A stretch of DNA of 64,000 nucleotides from Squalus acanthias (Eukaryota). Below are positions 12,932 through 24,837 of this stretch, one piece after another. The notes under the pieces were generated by a model. The model ran no database searches. It was not told the origin of the DNA and saw nothing but the letters and a program-made list of their open reading frames with translations. The number at the start of each line of letters is the position of its first letter. Position 1 is the first letter of the stretch. The stretch is taken from the NCBI GenBank assembly GCA_030390025.1, contig CM059441.1, forward strand, positions 52,080,001-52,144,000, read 5' to 3'. Position numbers and translations under genes: made by a program.

Positions 12932-14730
12932 TGGGAATACACAATAAATGGTCGGACACTGAGAAGTGTAGAAGAACAACAGAGGGAACTTGGAGTGCAT
13001 GTCCACAGATCCCTGAAGGCAGCAGGACAGGTAGATAAGGTAGTTAAGAAGGCATACAGGATACTTTGCTTTATTAGCCGAGGCATAGAATATAAAAGCA
13101 GGGTGGTTATGCTTGAATTGTATAAAACACAAGTTAGGCCGCAGCTAGAATACTGCATGCAATTCTGGTCACCACATTACAGGAAGGATGTGATTGCACT
13201 AGAGAGAGTACAGAGGAGATTTACGCGGATGTTGCCAGGACTGGAGAATTTTAGCCATGAGGAAAGATTGGATTGGCTGGGGTTGTTTTCTTTGGAACAG
13301 AGGAGTCTGAGGGGAGACTTAATTGAGGTGTATAAAATTATGAGGGGCCTAGATAGAGTGGATAGAAAGAACTTCGTCATCGACGTCTGCCCTTGTTGAC
13401 AGTAGGCTCTGAGGTATGGGAAGTGGTCCACTTTGTCCAAGGCCTTGTCTAGGATTTTGATAATCGGGGAGCAGTGCTGTGTGGCGGGGGCAGGTTGGTA
13501 AAGGACCTTTGTCTTACGGATGTTTAGTGTAAGGCCCGTGCTCTCGTCCACTTCGGTGAACGATGGTTTGGAGTTTGACCTCCGAGTGTGCGCAGACGCA
13601 AGCGTCGTCTGCATACTGTAATTCGACGACAGAGGAAGGGACGACCTTGGAAGTCTAACACCGCCTTCAGTGTGCAAGTGCAGCCTTCGGTCGCCTGAGG
13701 AAGAGAGTGTTTGAAGACCAAGACCTCAAACCCGGCACTAAGCTCATGGTCTACAGAGCAGTAGTAATACCCGCCCTCCTGTGTGCCTCAGAGACATGGA
13801 CCATGTGCAGCAGGCAACTCAAAGCACTGGAGAGGTACCACCAATGCTGCCTCCGCAAGATCCTGCAAATCCATTGGCAGGATAGGCACACCAACGTCAG
13901 TGTTCTCGCTCATGCCAACATCCCCAGCATCGAAGCTTTGACCACGCTCGATCAGCTCCGATGGATGGATCACATTGTCCGCATGCCCGATACGAGACTC
14001 CCAAAACAAGTGCACTACTCAGAGCTCCGACACGGCAAGAGAGCCCCAGGTGGGCAGAGGAAACGCTTCAAGGACACCCTCAAAGCCTCCTTGAAAAAGT
14101 GTAACATCCCCACCGATACCTGGTAATCCCTGGCCCAAGACCGCACAAAGTGGAGGAGAAGCATCCGGGAAGGCGCCGAACACCTTGAGTCTCTTCGCCG
14201 GGAGCAAGTGGAAGCCAAGCGCAAACAGCGCAAGGAGCGCACGTCAACCCAAGCACCCCTCCCACCCGCCCCTTCAACCACCGTCTGCCCCACCTGTGAC
14301 AGAGACTGTAGGTCCCACATTGGACTCATCAGTCACCTGAGAACTCATTTTTAATGTGGAAGCAAGTCATCCTCGGTTCCGAGGGACTACCTAAGAAGAA
14401 GAGTGGATAGGAAGGACCTATTTCCCTTAGCAGTGAGATCAATAACCAGGGGGCATAGATTTAAAGTAATTGGTAGAGAGATTAGAGGGGAGTTGAGGAG
14501 AACATTTTTCACCCAGAGGGTGGTGGCGGGTCTGGAACTCACTGCCTGAAAGGGTGGTAGAGGCAGAAACCCTCATCACATTTAAAAAGTACTTGGATAT
14601 GCACTTGAAGTGCCGTAACCTACAGGGCTACGGACCAAGAGCTGGAAAGTGGGATTAGGCTCTTTGTCGGTCGGCATGGACACAATGGGCTGAATGGCCT
14701 CCTTCTGTGCTGTAAATTTCTATGATCTAT
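12932..14730 (+). mobile_element. CR1 LINE 3' fragment split by an RTE insertion
   Basis: ORF ...VRPQLEYCMQFWSPHYRKD...RGDLIEVYKIMRGLDRVD resumes at 14401 and ends in a TCTATGA tail. Confidence 0.9.
13366..14399 (+). mobile_element. RTE-clade LINE, 5'-truncated with an inverted 5' segment (13369 to about 13655); 11-bp TSD AGAGTGGATAG
   Basis: Plus strand AAFGRLRKRVFEDQDLKPGTKLMVYRAVV...GGQRKRFKD and (AAG)n tail; minus segment ELQYADDA...LNIRKTKV; TSD at 13355-13365 and 14400-14410. Confidence 0.92.
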
Positions 14731-16199
14731 CCTAATCGGGACAATGACCCGATGATGTGATCAGCTTCTGAGCTGCGTCAGCAGTCTGGGGTTTAAACAA
14801 TATCACTTTAGATGATTTGCAATGCAAGAAACATATTGCCAAGCAAAAGATGCTCATTTTGCTCTTGTGCCCAGTACTCTTACAGTCCCTGCCTTCGGAG
14901 GGCAGCACCACCAGTGCCAACCTCTCACTATTAATATCTGCTGATTCACCTCATTATGTTGGGGTAGTGGGGGGCAGCTCAATGTGTCCAATTGGAGTTT
15001 GTTCTCCCGGGGTGAAGCAAAAGGTGGGCTGCGTAATGTTAGAAGTTTACCATATCAGTTCTATGGACAACATGACTTCTTTCAGTTGTTTCATTGTTCC
15101 CCCAACCACTTGCTGGCTTTCTTTCTCCAACCCTTCCCCTAACAGGACGACTATTCATCTTCTTGCTACTGCGGAAGGGCAGCTCGCTCCAGATTATTAG
15201 CGCGTCGGCTAAGCCTTCTAAGCATGCACTTTAAACAATACATCATAATACAAATATAACAACAACAGCCACTTACTACACCACCAAGACATGTGATGCG
15301 ATTCTGAACATTGAATAGAAAACCTCCGACCCTTCAGGGATCTTGTAAATTGTTACTAGGGTTCATTCAGCCTGCAGTTCATACATTTTCTGTTGCCAAT
15401 ATATGTAGTCCCAGTAGTGACTGTTCCAGTGTGTCCCTCTCTGAACTCCATCTCCAGTGACCATGATGTTGCATGCTTGAGTCATTGGCTGTGGGTCCGC
15501 CCCCAGGTCGGATGTCAGTCTGAGCAGTCGATACCGTCCAATCTCCATTTCCAGTTTTTGTTCTGTAAACCAAGCATATTATGTGTTAATTATCAGTTTC
15601 ACTCCTGACTGACTTAAGCTGGTTGATGTGGTCCCATTTAGTTACCTTTATCGATACACTGGATTCGGTAAATGGCTGGACTTGCTTTGTCCACAATAGG
15701 GAAAGGTTCTTTCCATTATGCTTCAAATAGGTGTTCTTTCCAACTGTAATTTAGTACCATCCCTACATCACCAGCCTCATATTCCGATGGCTTGACTTTT
15801 TTGTCAAAATACTGCTTAGTCTGCTGTTCTGATTTTCCAATGTTTTTAGCCACACGTTGATTGGTCTTATTTACACACTCTACCATCTGATTCAACCTTT
15901 TAATTCCTGCTGCCCCCAATAAGTATCCTGGTGCGTGCATCAGTCTCCCCGTCATTGCCTGATACAGTGAGATACCTGTGGTGGCATGTGGGGTTGATCT
16001 GATTGCCATAAGACACATAGGCAACATATTAGCCCATTGAGTGGGGTGATCTACACAAAAACATTTTCGCACCGTTTTCAGGGCTGATTTCCCCTTTCTA
16101 CTATACCCGAGGACAGTGGGTGATTTGAAATATGCAACTTGTGCTTAATGCCCATAAATCTTTGGAGTTCAGTGAAAATTTTTCCTGTAAAGCATGATC

Positions 16200-17296
16200 A
16201 TTTTTTTTTTATTTGTTCATGGGATGTGGGCGTCGCTGGCAAGGCCAGCATTTATTGCCCATCCCTAGTTGCCCTTGAGAAGGTGGTGGTGAGCCGCCTT
16301 CTTGAACCGCTGCAGTCCGTGTGGTGAAGGTGCTCCCACAGTGCTGTTAGGGAGGGAGTTCCAGGATTTTGACCCAGCGACAATGAAGGATCGGCGATAT
16401 ACTTCCATGTCAGGATGGTGTGTGACTTGGAGGGAAACTTGGAGGTGGTGGTGTTCCCAGGCGCCTGCTGCCCTCGTCCTTCTAGGTGGAAGAGGACGCA
16501 GGTTTGGGAGGTGCTGCTGAAGAAGCCTTGGCGAGTTGCTGCAGTGCATCTTGTAGATGGTACACACTGCAGCCACAGTACGCCGGTGGTGGAGGGAGTG
16601 AATGTTTAAGGTGGTAGATGGGGTGCCAATCAAGCGGGTTGCTTTGTCCTGGATGGTGTCGAGCTTCTTGAGTGTTGTTGGAGCTGCACTCGTCCAGGCA
16701 AGTGGAGAGTATTCCATCACACTCCTTACTTGTGCCTTGTAGATGGTGGAAAGGCTTTGGGGAGTCAGGAGGTGAGACACTCGCCACAGAATACCTAGCC
16801 TCTGACCTGCTCTTGCTGCCACAGTATTTATGTGGCTGGTCAAGTTTAGTTTCTGGTCAATGGTGACCCCCAGGATGTTGATGGTGGGGGATTCAGCGAT
16901 GGTAATGCCGTTGAATGTCATGGGGCGGTGGTTAGACTCTCACTTGTTGGAGATAGTCATTGCCTGGCACTTGTGTGGTGCGAATGTTACCTGCTGGGGC
17001 AGTAATTGGCCGGATTGGATTTGTCCTGCTTTTGGTGGACAGGACATACCTGGGCAGTTTTTCACATTGTCGGATAGATGCCAGTATTGTAGCTGTACTG
17101 GAACAGCTTGGCTAGAGGCGCCGCTAGTTCTGGAGCACAAGTCTTCAGCACGACAGCCGGGATGTTGTCGGGGCCCATAGCCTTTGCTGTATCCAGTGCG
17201 CTCAGCCACTTCTTGGTATGTGGAGTGAATCGAATTGGCTGAAGACTGGCTTCTGTGATGGTGGGACCTCAGGAGGAGGCCGATATGGATCATCCA
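16200..17296 (-). mobile_element. Non-LTR retrotransposon family B (CR1/jockey-group, clade unresolved), RT core internally deleted, inserted into the integrase
   Basis: ORF TFNGITIAESPTINILGVTIDQKL...KAQVRSVMEYSPLAW; upstream segment KAMGPDNIP; A-rich tail at about 16200. Confidence 0.85.
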
Positions 17297-17654
17297 CTCC
17301 GTACTTCTTGATCACTATCTAACTGTATAGGTACTCTGCACCTGCAGATCACTTCACTAATAACCAACAATGTGCCATCAGAAGTTCTATAATTTTTACA
17401 ATACAAAGCAAGTGACAACATGGTGTTGATAGCATAGGCACTGTCAGACCAAATATTAACTGATTGGTCCCTAGTCTGAATTAAAGCTGCCAAAGTGTGG
17501 CACCCACTTGTGCTGGATGACTTGATCTTGGAGAACTACTGCAAACCCTTTTACTGTTTTTCCCTCATAATGGGATGATGATCCATCCACACAGACATGT
17601 GGGGCACCAGGTATTGCAGTCTTCTGAACTGGGTGTGCCTTGAAATCCAACATC

Positions 17655-18070
17655 AGTGGTGTGGACACGCGTGTGGCTCCCCCCTATACAGTGACAGTGG
17701 TGTGGACACGCGTGTGGCTCCCCCCTATACTGTGACAGTGGTGTGGACACGCGTGTGGCTCCCCCCTATACTGTGACAGCGGTGTGGACACGCGTGTGGC
17801 TCCCCCCATACTGTGACAGTGGTGTGGACACGCGTGTGGCTCCCCCCTATACTGTGACAGTGGTGTGGACACGCGTGTGGCTCCCCCCTATACTGTGACA
17901 GCGGTGTGGACACGCGTGTGGCTCCCCCCTATACTGTGACAGTGGTGTGGACACGCGTGTGGCTCCCCCCTATACTGTGACAGCGGTGTGGACACGCGTG
18001 TGGCTCCCCCCTATACTGTGACAGTGGTGTGGACACGCGTGTGGCTCCCCCCTATACTGTGACAGCGGTG
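17655..18070. repeat. Minisatellite, 10 x about 41 bp (GGTGTGGACACGCGTGTGGCTCCCCCCTATACTGTGACAGY), inside the retroviral pol
   Basis: Ten head-to-tail copies counted; no spacers. Confidence 0.95.
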
Positions 18071-18904
18071 GTAGTGGGGTATTTGTTTCGGAGTAATGTC
18101 CAAATGCTGTTCCATTAACAAAAGTGTCCAGTGGCTCAGCCGAGCCCAATAGACAAGGCTGTCTCCGGGGTTCAAGAGCAGATTCAGCAGACTGTGCGGA
18201 GAGTGGATTATCAACGTCTGGAGGCCGGGAATGTACCTAAAATGTTTGACTGCCCAGAAGGTAGCCAACAGGTGTCTCTCGCACGGGTCATAAGGTTTCT
18301 CCACCCCAGTCAGTATTCGTGATACATAAGTGAGAGATTACCTTGCACGTCTTGGCACACGACAGCTGCTAAGCTCTGATCAGTTGCTCCTACCTCCAAA
18401 TGGAAGGGCTTACTCAGGTCCGGGTGCTCAGGCAAGTCGCTGGCATCACTGCTTCCTTTAGTTGCACAGCCTCAGTGCGCTGCTCCGTCCGTTGTGATTT
18501 CACATCGTCCTCCTTTCCTTTAAGCAACTCATAAAATGGTCCAGTGAGATCAGCGAAAGATGAAATCAGAGCCCTCTGATACCCCAGCAAGGCCAGAATG
18601 ATTGGAGGGCTGTTTTAGACACAGGCAGGGGTAGCCGTTGAATGACTTCTACATTATGCAGCCAATCACAGGAGGCGGTGACGAAGATTAATACAGTAAA
18701 AAAAACCATGACCGATCTGAGTTGAATGGCGAGATGGCGAGTTGGGGTGAATTTTCATTAAAAATCACGTGTCTCGCGATTAAATCCAGAGAGTTGGCAA
18801 TACTGTTGGCATAATCTATAACAACACCACACTGGCTTAACACATCGGTTCCCAGTATACCTCTCCCGTCATTAGTTTACATTGCCACCGCAGAGCTGAT
18901 TTTT

Positions 18905-19632
18905 ATTACAACAACAACAACTTGTATTTATATAGCGCCTTTTAAACGTAGTAAAACGTCCCAAGGCGCTTCACAGGAGTATTATAAGACAAAATATTTG
19001 ACACCAAGCCACATAAGGACAAATTAGGACAGGTGACCAAAAGCTTGGTCAACGAGGTAGGTTTTAAGAAGCGTCTTAAAGGAGGAAAGAGAGGGATCGA
19101 GGCAGAGAGGTTTAGGCAGGGAATTCCAGAGCTTAGAGCCGAGGCAACAGAAGGCACAGCCACCAATGGTGAGCGATTATAATGAGGGATACTCAAGAGG
19201 GCAGAATTAGAGGAGAGCAGATATCTCGGGGGGTTGTGGGACTGGAGGAGATTACAGAGATAGGGAGGGGCGAGGCCATGGAGGGATTTGAAAACACCGA
19301 TGAGAATTTTGAAATCGAGGCATTGCTTAACTGGGAGCCAATGTAGTTCAGCGAGCACAGGGGTGATGGGTGAACGGGACTTGGTGCGAGTTAGGACGCG
19401 GGCAGCAGAGTTTTGGATGACCTCTCGTTTACGTAGGGTAGAATGTGGAAGGCCAGCCAGGAGTGCGTTGGAATAGTCAAGTCTAGAGGTAACAAAGGCA
19501 TGGATGAGGGTTTCAGCAGCAGATGAGCTGAGGCAAGGGCGGAGACGGGCGATGTTACAGAGGTGGAAATAGCGGTCTTAGTTATGCTGCGGATATGTGG
19601 TCGGAAGCTCATTTCAGGGTCACATATGACAC
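18905..19632 (-). mobile_element. L2 LINE 3' fragment
   Basis: LAELHWLPVKQCLDFKIL..FKSLHGLAPPYL; (TTG)n tail on the minus strand. Confidence 0.9.
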
Positions 19633-20974
19633 ATTCTGTACCCTGCAATGATAGTCGAGCAGAACCCAACTGAAACGCAAGCTGTGATGAGCCATCAAAG
19701 CCTGTTAAAAGTGCTTCCCTCTGGCCGCAGTGAGGTGTTCAGCATATGGAGGATGAATGATGGTCACTGCTGACCCTGTGTCTGCTGTTGGCTCCCATCA
19801 ATAACAACAGAGACTACAGGTCCAGCTTGGCCATCATGGCGGAACTCCACCACCGACTTTGTTGGGGGGCAACTCCCTTCATTTGCTCTGAGATTGAGGC
19901 CACTGCCCCCCTCTCTGGACGGGAGGGGCAGACAGTTTGTTCACCGCCGCTACATGTTTGTTTGTTTGAGAAGTTCTAGCGATATTACTGGTGGTCATCA
20001 AAGCCAATAGTTTGTCCAGTTTAGCTTCCATCGCTCCCAGGGAGAGGGTTTTCTGATGGCTAGATCCAGATCTCTCACCTGTCTGCCGTCTTTTGTGAAA
20101 TGTCCTGCCTCTCCACTCAAAAGCATATGGAAGTGCTGGAAGCTGTAAAGGAGTGAGATCTACTTCTTTAAAAATTACTAGTACAGCAAGTAATTACCTG
20201 CGCTTGTGAAACCGTAGCGGGTGGGGGTGGAGTCAGTCACACAATAGCAGTTTGCAGAAGCTGTTTTTTTCACTTTTTAAAACTCTTTTGTGTATTTAAT
20301 ACTCGTATTTCAGTCGAAATGAATCCACACCGAGCGCCTTTAATTTAAAATGTCTAACGTCAATTTTCCCCTTAACTCTCCCATTCCTGGGGGGTTACGA
20401 TGTTAAATTGAAAAGAACGTTGAACAACCCATTCACACTCTCACGCACCTTAAAAATGTTGATTCCTGTAATGGGTAATGAACTCTGAAAATGCCAAATA
20501 TTTCCTGATAATCCCAAGTTGTGCACCTAGGGACAGTTCACCGAATTTGCATTAGTGGCTGGCTGCAGTGCAAATCCACTGAACAGCAGTTCCATAATTG
20601 AATCAAACACTCGAGCGAATTACTCCAAATCAGTTCAAAACCAAAACAGAAAACAGCAGCACAGTAATGCCAACCCCACCGTCTCATAGGTCAGGAGACA
20701 AATCTTAAAAACCATGAGATTTGGTATAGAAAGCTTGAGTTGCTATTTTTTTTAAATGTAAACCAATATAGATTGAGAGTTGGTTTATAAACCTCATTAG
20801 TGGCTTTATTTAATCTCCAACAGGTCACAGCTCTTTAGAAAAACTGCTTCTGAAAATGCATTACAAAAAACTTTTGAAAAACTCCTACCTGTCATCACCA
20901 CGTTGCTCTGTTTGATTGCTCCTCTTGAGTTTCGGGCGGGTAATTTTTCAGTATCAGGTAAGCGCGAAATTATT

Positions 20975-21743
20975 GGCCCGTAATTTGCGGTCAGCGGCGA
21001 AGGTGCTTGCCGCTGACCTCGAATAAAGCTGCCCACAGACACGTCGCGATCTCCACGGCGAGAAATTCACCTTCCTCGACGTTTAATTGATTGAAGCGCT
21101 GTCAAACGCGGAACTCCAGCGGAGAGCGGCAGTGATGTCATCAAGCTGTCTAAGCAGCCAATCACAGTGAAGAATTCTCACAGAAAGCAAACCAGGAAAT
21201 GGAATGCACTGATAATCAATCACTTTTTTAAAAAATTTGCAGAGAGCGAAATAAAATTGGGACATGCACATGGGGTTAAAGGCAGAAGCTGAAATATCAT
21301 GAACAAACTTTAAAAAAAATACATTTTTTGATATTTTTTAAATCTAGTAATTTTTATCATAATGGAGAAGTTTGACATTCCACCAACATAAAATTAGTTG
21401 TTCAGGGCCAGAACGGTTGTTTATCAGCAGTTATTAATTAGATCGCCATTAAAACCCAGTTACACCTCGTTGAAAAAGGATTCACTTTTTCCGGGGTTGC
21501 TGACAGCAATATTAGTTGGGAAAAGCTCCAGTTTTTGTCAGATCAAGTGATTTCACTGATTGCCGGCTCTAGGGGGGTTCCATAGGGCAGCCTGTGGCGG
21601 AGCAGGGAATGACAGACCGCAACATCAGGACTTCCGCATTAGGCTGCACGTGCGCTATATCCTGAAGCTCCGGTCAGTTTCAGAGGGGTAATGACGGCGA
21701 ATGCTGACAATTTTGCCGTCAAAAAGCCCGCAAATTCCGGGCC
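20975..21743. mobile_element. Non-autonomous PIF/Harbinger-type MITE (769 bp)
   Basis: TIRs GGCCCGTAATTTGCGG and CCGCAAATTCCGGGCC (15/16 match); 3-bp TSD ATT at 20972-20974 and 21744-21746. Confidence 0.8.
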
Positions 21744-22727
21744 ATTGTATTCTAAAGAAAAAATTAAGATTTCGTACTGCCCGTTTTTTCAAAGACTCAG
21801 CGAGGCGTGGCGTCTTCAATCAATGAAGTATAGCACAACATCCAGTCGGCGTTTATGGCATTTTAAACATTGGTTAATCCCGTCACTTTCTGTCAAAGGA
21901 GGCCCAACCGCCATCTTGATCCGAAACTGAAGTGAGACTGAAGAAATTCAAAGCATGTTGATGGATAGCTCACCTCCAGCCTGCTCATCATAATATGCAT
22001 TTTACATTTGGTACCAACAGGGAACAGTTTAGATGCATTGAGGGCGCTCATTTCACTGGGTACTCTGACGGCAAGAGGTGTGCCCCAGATACCTCTTAAG
22101 AATTGGTGATGTAATTGTGGATAGGATTTACAAAACAGATCCTCAACATCAAGAAAGGAGACTCAATAGTGTAATTAATGCGTCAGCTATATTTATTCGG
22201 GACATGGTTTTTCTCTCCCTTCCCCACCCCATGCTGGAAAAGCGACACTGAATGAAGGGGACAGGTTAGAAGGAGTGCATGTTACTATCCCCGAGGGCTC
22301 AAAATCTTGGACCTGAAAAACAGATGGGAATGTAAGCTCATTAACCTCGTATGATTTACACCTGTGGCAATTAGCACTGTATCTGGAAAATATTGAATTG
22401 AATTTTTCTGTCACACCAACTTAAAATGGTTCTAATGGCATCACCAGCGATTTATTTCAACATAAAATTGCAACATATCTACATGATTTCAGTTTCATAA
22501 GAAATATGCAATAAGTGGCCGGCTGACAACAATCCTGTTACCATATAGAAGTATGTGGTTTACACTTGCTGTAGCCAGCTTGCCCGCACAGTAAATACAA
22601 ACTCAATGCAATTCTGTTTCAACATTGCATCAACAACCAAATCATCCTTCTAAGTATACATAACCAATCGTTCCAATCTTGCAATCCATCTAAAGAGGTG
22701 CCGAACTACTTTAGATTCATTGTGAAA

Positions 22728-23632
22728 GGGATGCTCGCTGATGACTGCACAGTGTTCAGTGCCATTCACAACTCCTCAGATAATGAAGCAGTCCATGTCC
22801 ACATGCAACAAGATCTGGATGATGTTCAGGCTTGGGCTGATAAGTGGCCGGTAACACTCGCGCCACAGAAGTACCAGGCAATGACTATCTCCAACAAGTG
22901 AGAGTCTAGCCACCTCCCCTTGACATACACCGGTATTACCATCGCTGAATCCCCCACCATCAACATCCTGGGGGTGACCATTGACCAGAAACTTAACTGG
23001 ACCAGCCACATAAATACTGTGGCAACAAGAGCAGGTCAGAGGCTGGGTATTCTGCGGCAAGTGTCTCACCTCCTGACTCCCCAAAGCCTTTCCACCATCT
23101 ACAAGGCACAAGTAAGAGTGTGATGGAATACTCTCCAATTGCCTGGATGAGTGCAGCTCCAACAACACTCAAGAAGCTTGACACCATCCAGGACAAAACA
23201 GCCCGCTTGATTGGCATCCCATCCACCACCTTAAACATTCACTCCCTCCACCACCGGTGCACCGTGGCTGCAGTGTGTACCATCTACAAGATCCACTGCA
23301 GCAATCGCCAAGGCTTCTTCGGCAGCACCTCCCAAACCCGCGACCTCTACCACCTAGAAGGACAAGGGCAGCAGGCGCATGGGAACACCACCACCTCCAA
23401 GTTTCCCTCCAAGTCACACACCATCCTGACTTGGAAGTATATCGCCGATCCTTCATCGTTGCTGGGTCAAAATCCTGGAACTCCCTCCCTAACAGCACTG
23501 TGGGAGTACCTTCAGCACACGGACTGCAGCGTTTCAAGAAGGTGGCTCACCACCACCTTCTGAAGGACAACTAGGGATGAACAATAAATGCTAGCCTTGC
23601 CAGCGATGCCCAGATCCCATAAAATGAATAAA
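22728..23632 (+). mobile_element. Non-LTR retrotransposon family B, 3' fragment
   Basis: MLADDCTVF..QAWADKW..ILGVTIDQKLNW..MEYSPIAW; same 3' UTR as the 16200-17296 copy. Confidence 0.88.
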
Positions 23633-24837
23633 ACATTGTTAAAAATTTCAGGAGCTGTTCTCTGCAGGTGGCAAGGACAGAGCTACTAGCAGGAACTGAA
23701 GCAGAAAATAAAGATTTTTAGCTCGATCAAGTGTCAGAGGAACATCCTCCTCCCCCCGCCTCACCCCGCCCCGCCCCGTTTAAAAGAAAACCTGGTGAAC
23801 CTTTTGGCCTAGTAGCTGCTGTCTCACGCTGCGAAAGTGACTCCCATTGTCCATTGGGGATCTAACAGGTTGATTATGCGTCGTAGGTCGGAGCGCAGAC
23901 AGGTGGTAACCGTCTCCACGAGAACATTTGAGCAGTGCGAGGTGAGGAGGTCCTGGAGCGTGGTTTCCTGCTCTTTGCTCCTTTGGCTCTGTCCTCTTGT
24001 GCATCCTACCCTTGGCAGCTGTGACTTCAGCCACCTCAGCTCCATGCTTTAGAATTTCCTCCCCTCCCCAGACCCCTTTTCCTCTCCACCGCCAAGACCC
24101 TACTTAAAGCACATCTCTTTGACCAAGTGTTTGGTCACCCTGCCTAATTTCTCCTTCTTTGGCTTGGTGTCCATTTTTTGATGACACTTCTGTGAAGCAC
24201 TCTGGGACTTTTTACTCCTTAAAGTTGTCGTCGTTTTGCCACCAAATGACTTTGGCTTCAAGTTTGCAAAGGGTGGATACAGAATCTGCCTGCAGCACCA
24301 GTAATCCTTGAATAGAGCAGACCCGCTTATAGCTGGGTCAGTAAGTACACAAGAGTAAATGTGTCATTGGATTCGAGTCATGCACTATATTCCTATGTAG
24401 AAGTTGCAGTCTCACCCCTTCAAGAGTCACTATTCCACGAGTTCCTCTAGTACATGCTTTTGCTGTCACAATAGTTATAGAAAATAAGTCATCAATGCTG
24501 ACTGCTGCAATACGAATCCGGGAGACAAATAGTTCCAATGAATTGGATCAATGCCTGTCGAGAAAGGAAATTGAGGTTTATAGCAAAATTAGTAGATCTG
24601 TTTGATTCACATTGGGATTAGAAAGCGAGTTTACAGATGGGAGGGCGGAGAGTCCATGACTGAGGACATCTGGCAGCTTCTGTGGAAACAGACCTGATGG
24701 AATGTTCTGAGCTGTTTCCAATTTCTATGTATGTCATGTGACCAAGGGTGGGGGGGAAATCCTGAAAATAATGACAGCGATATCTTTTTATAATTTTATG
24801 CTATCTGGTCTTATTGCCAGCTGCTATGATTGCCTGC

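Larger units (their letters stand above)
15130..20130 (-). mobile_element. Decayed retrovirus-like element (gag CCHC remnant, protease, RT thumb/tether, RNase H, integrase with GPY/F, possible env remnant), interrupted by LINEs and a minisatellite
   Basis: Hand translation on the minus strand: GEAGHFTKD (about 20100), DTGSAVTII (about 19770), LPLPVSKTALQSF..PDLSKPFHLEV..CERHLLATFWAVKHF (18071-18655), VDGSS..VNIWSDSAYA (17365-17655), LDSDQ..HPLSSGIVER..LMAIRSTPHATTG..PFPIVDKASP..HINQLK (15610-17365). Confidence 0.8.

Noticed and set aside
17655-18070. CRISPR-like array with a palindromic repeat (also 26768-27256 and 33972-34353)
   Set aside because: The units are head-to-tail with no unique spacers, there are no cas genes, and the context is eukaryotic.
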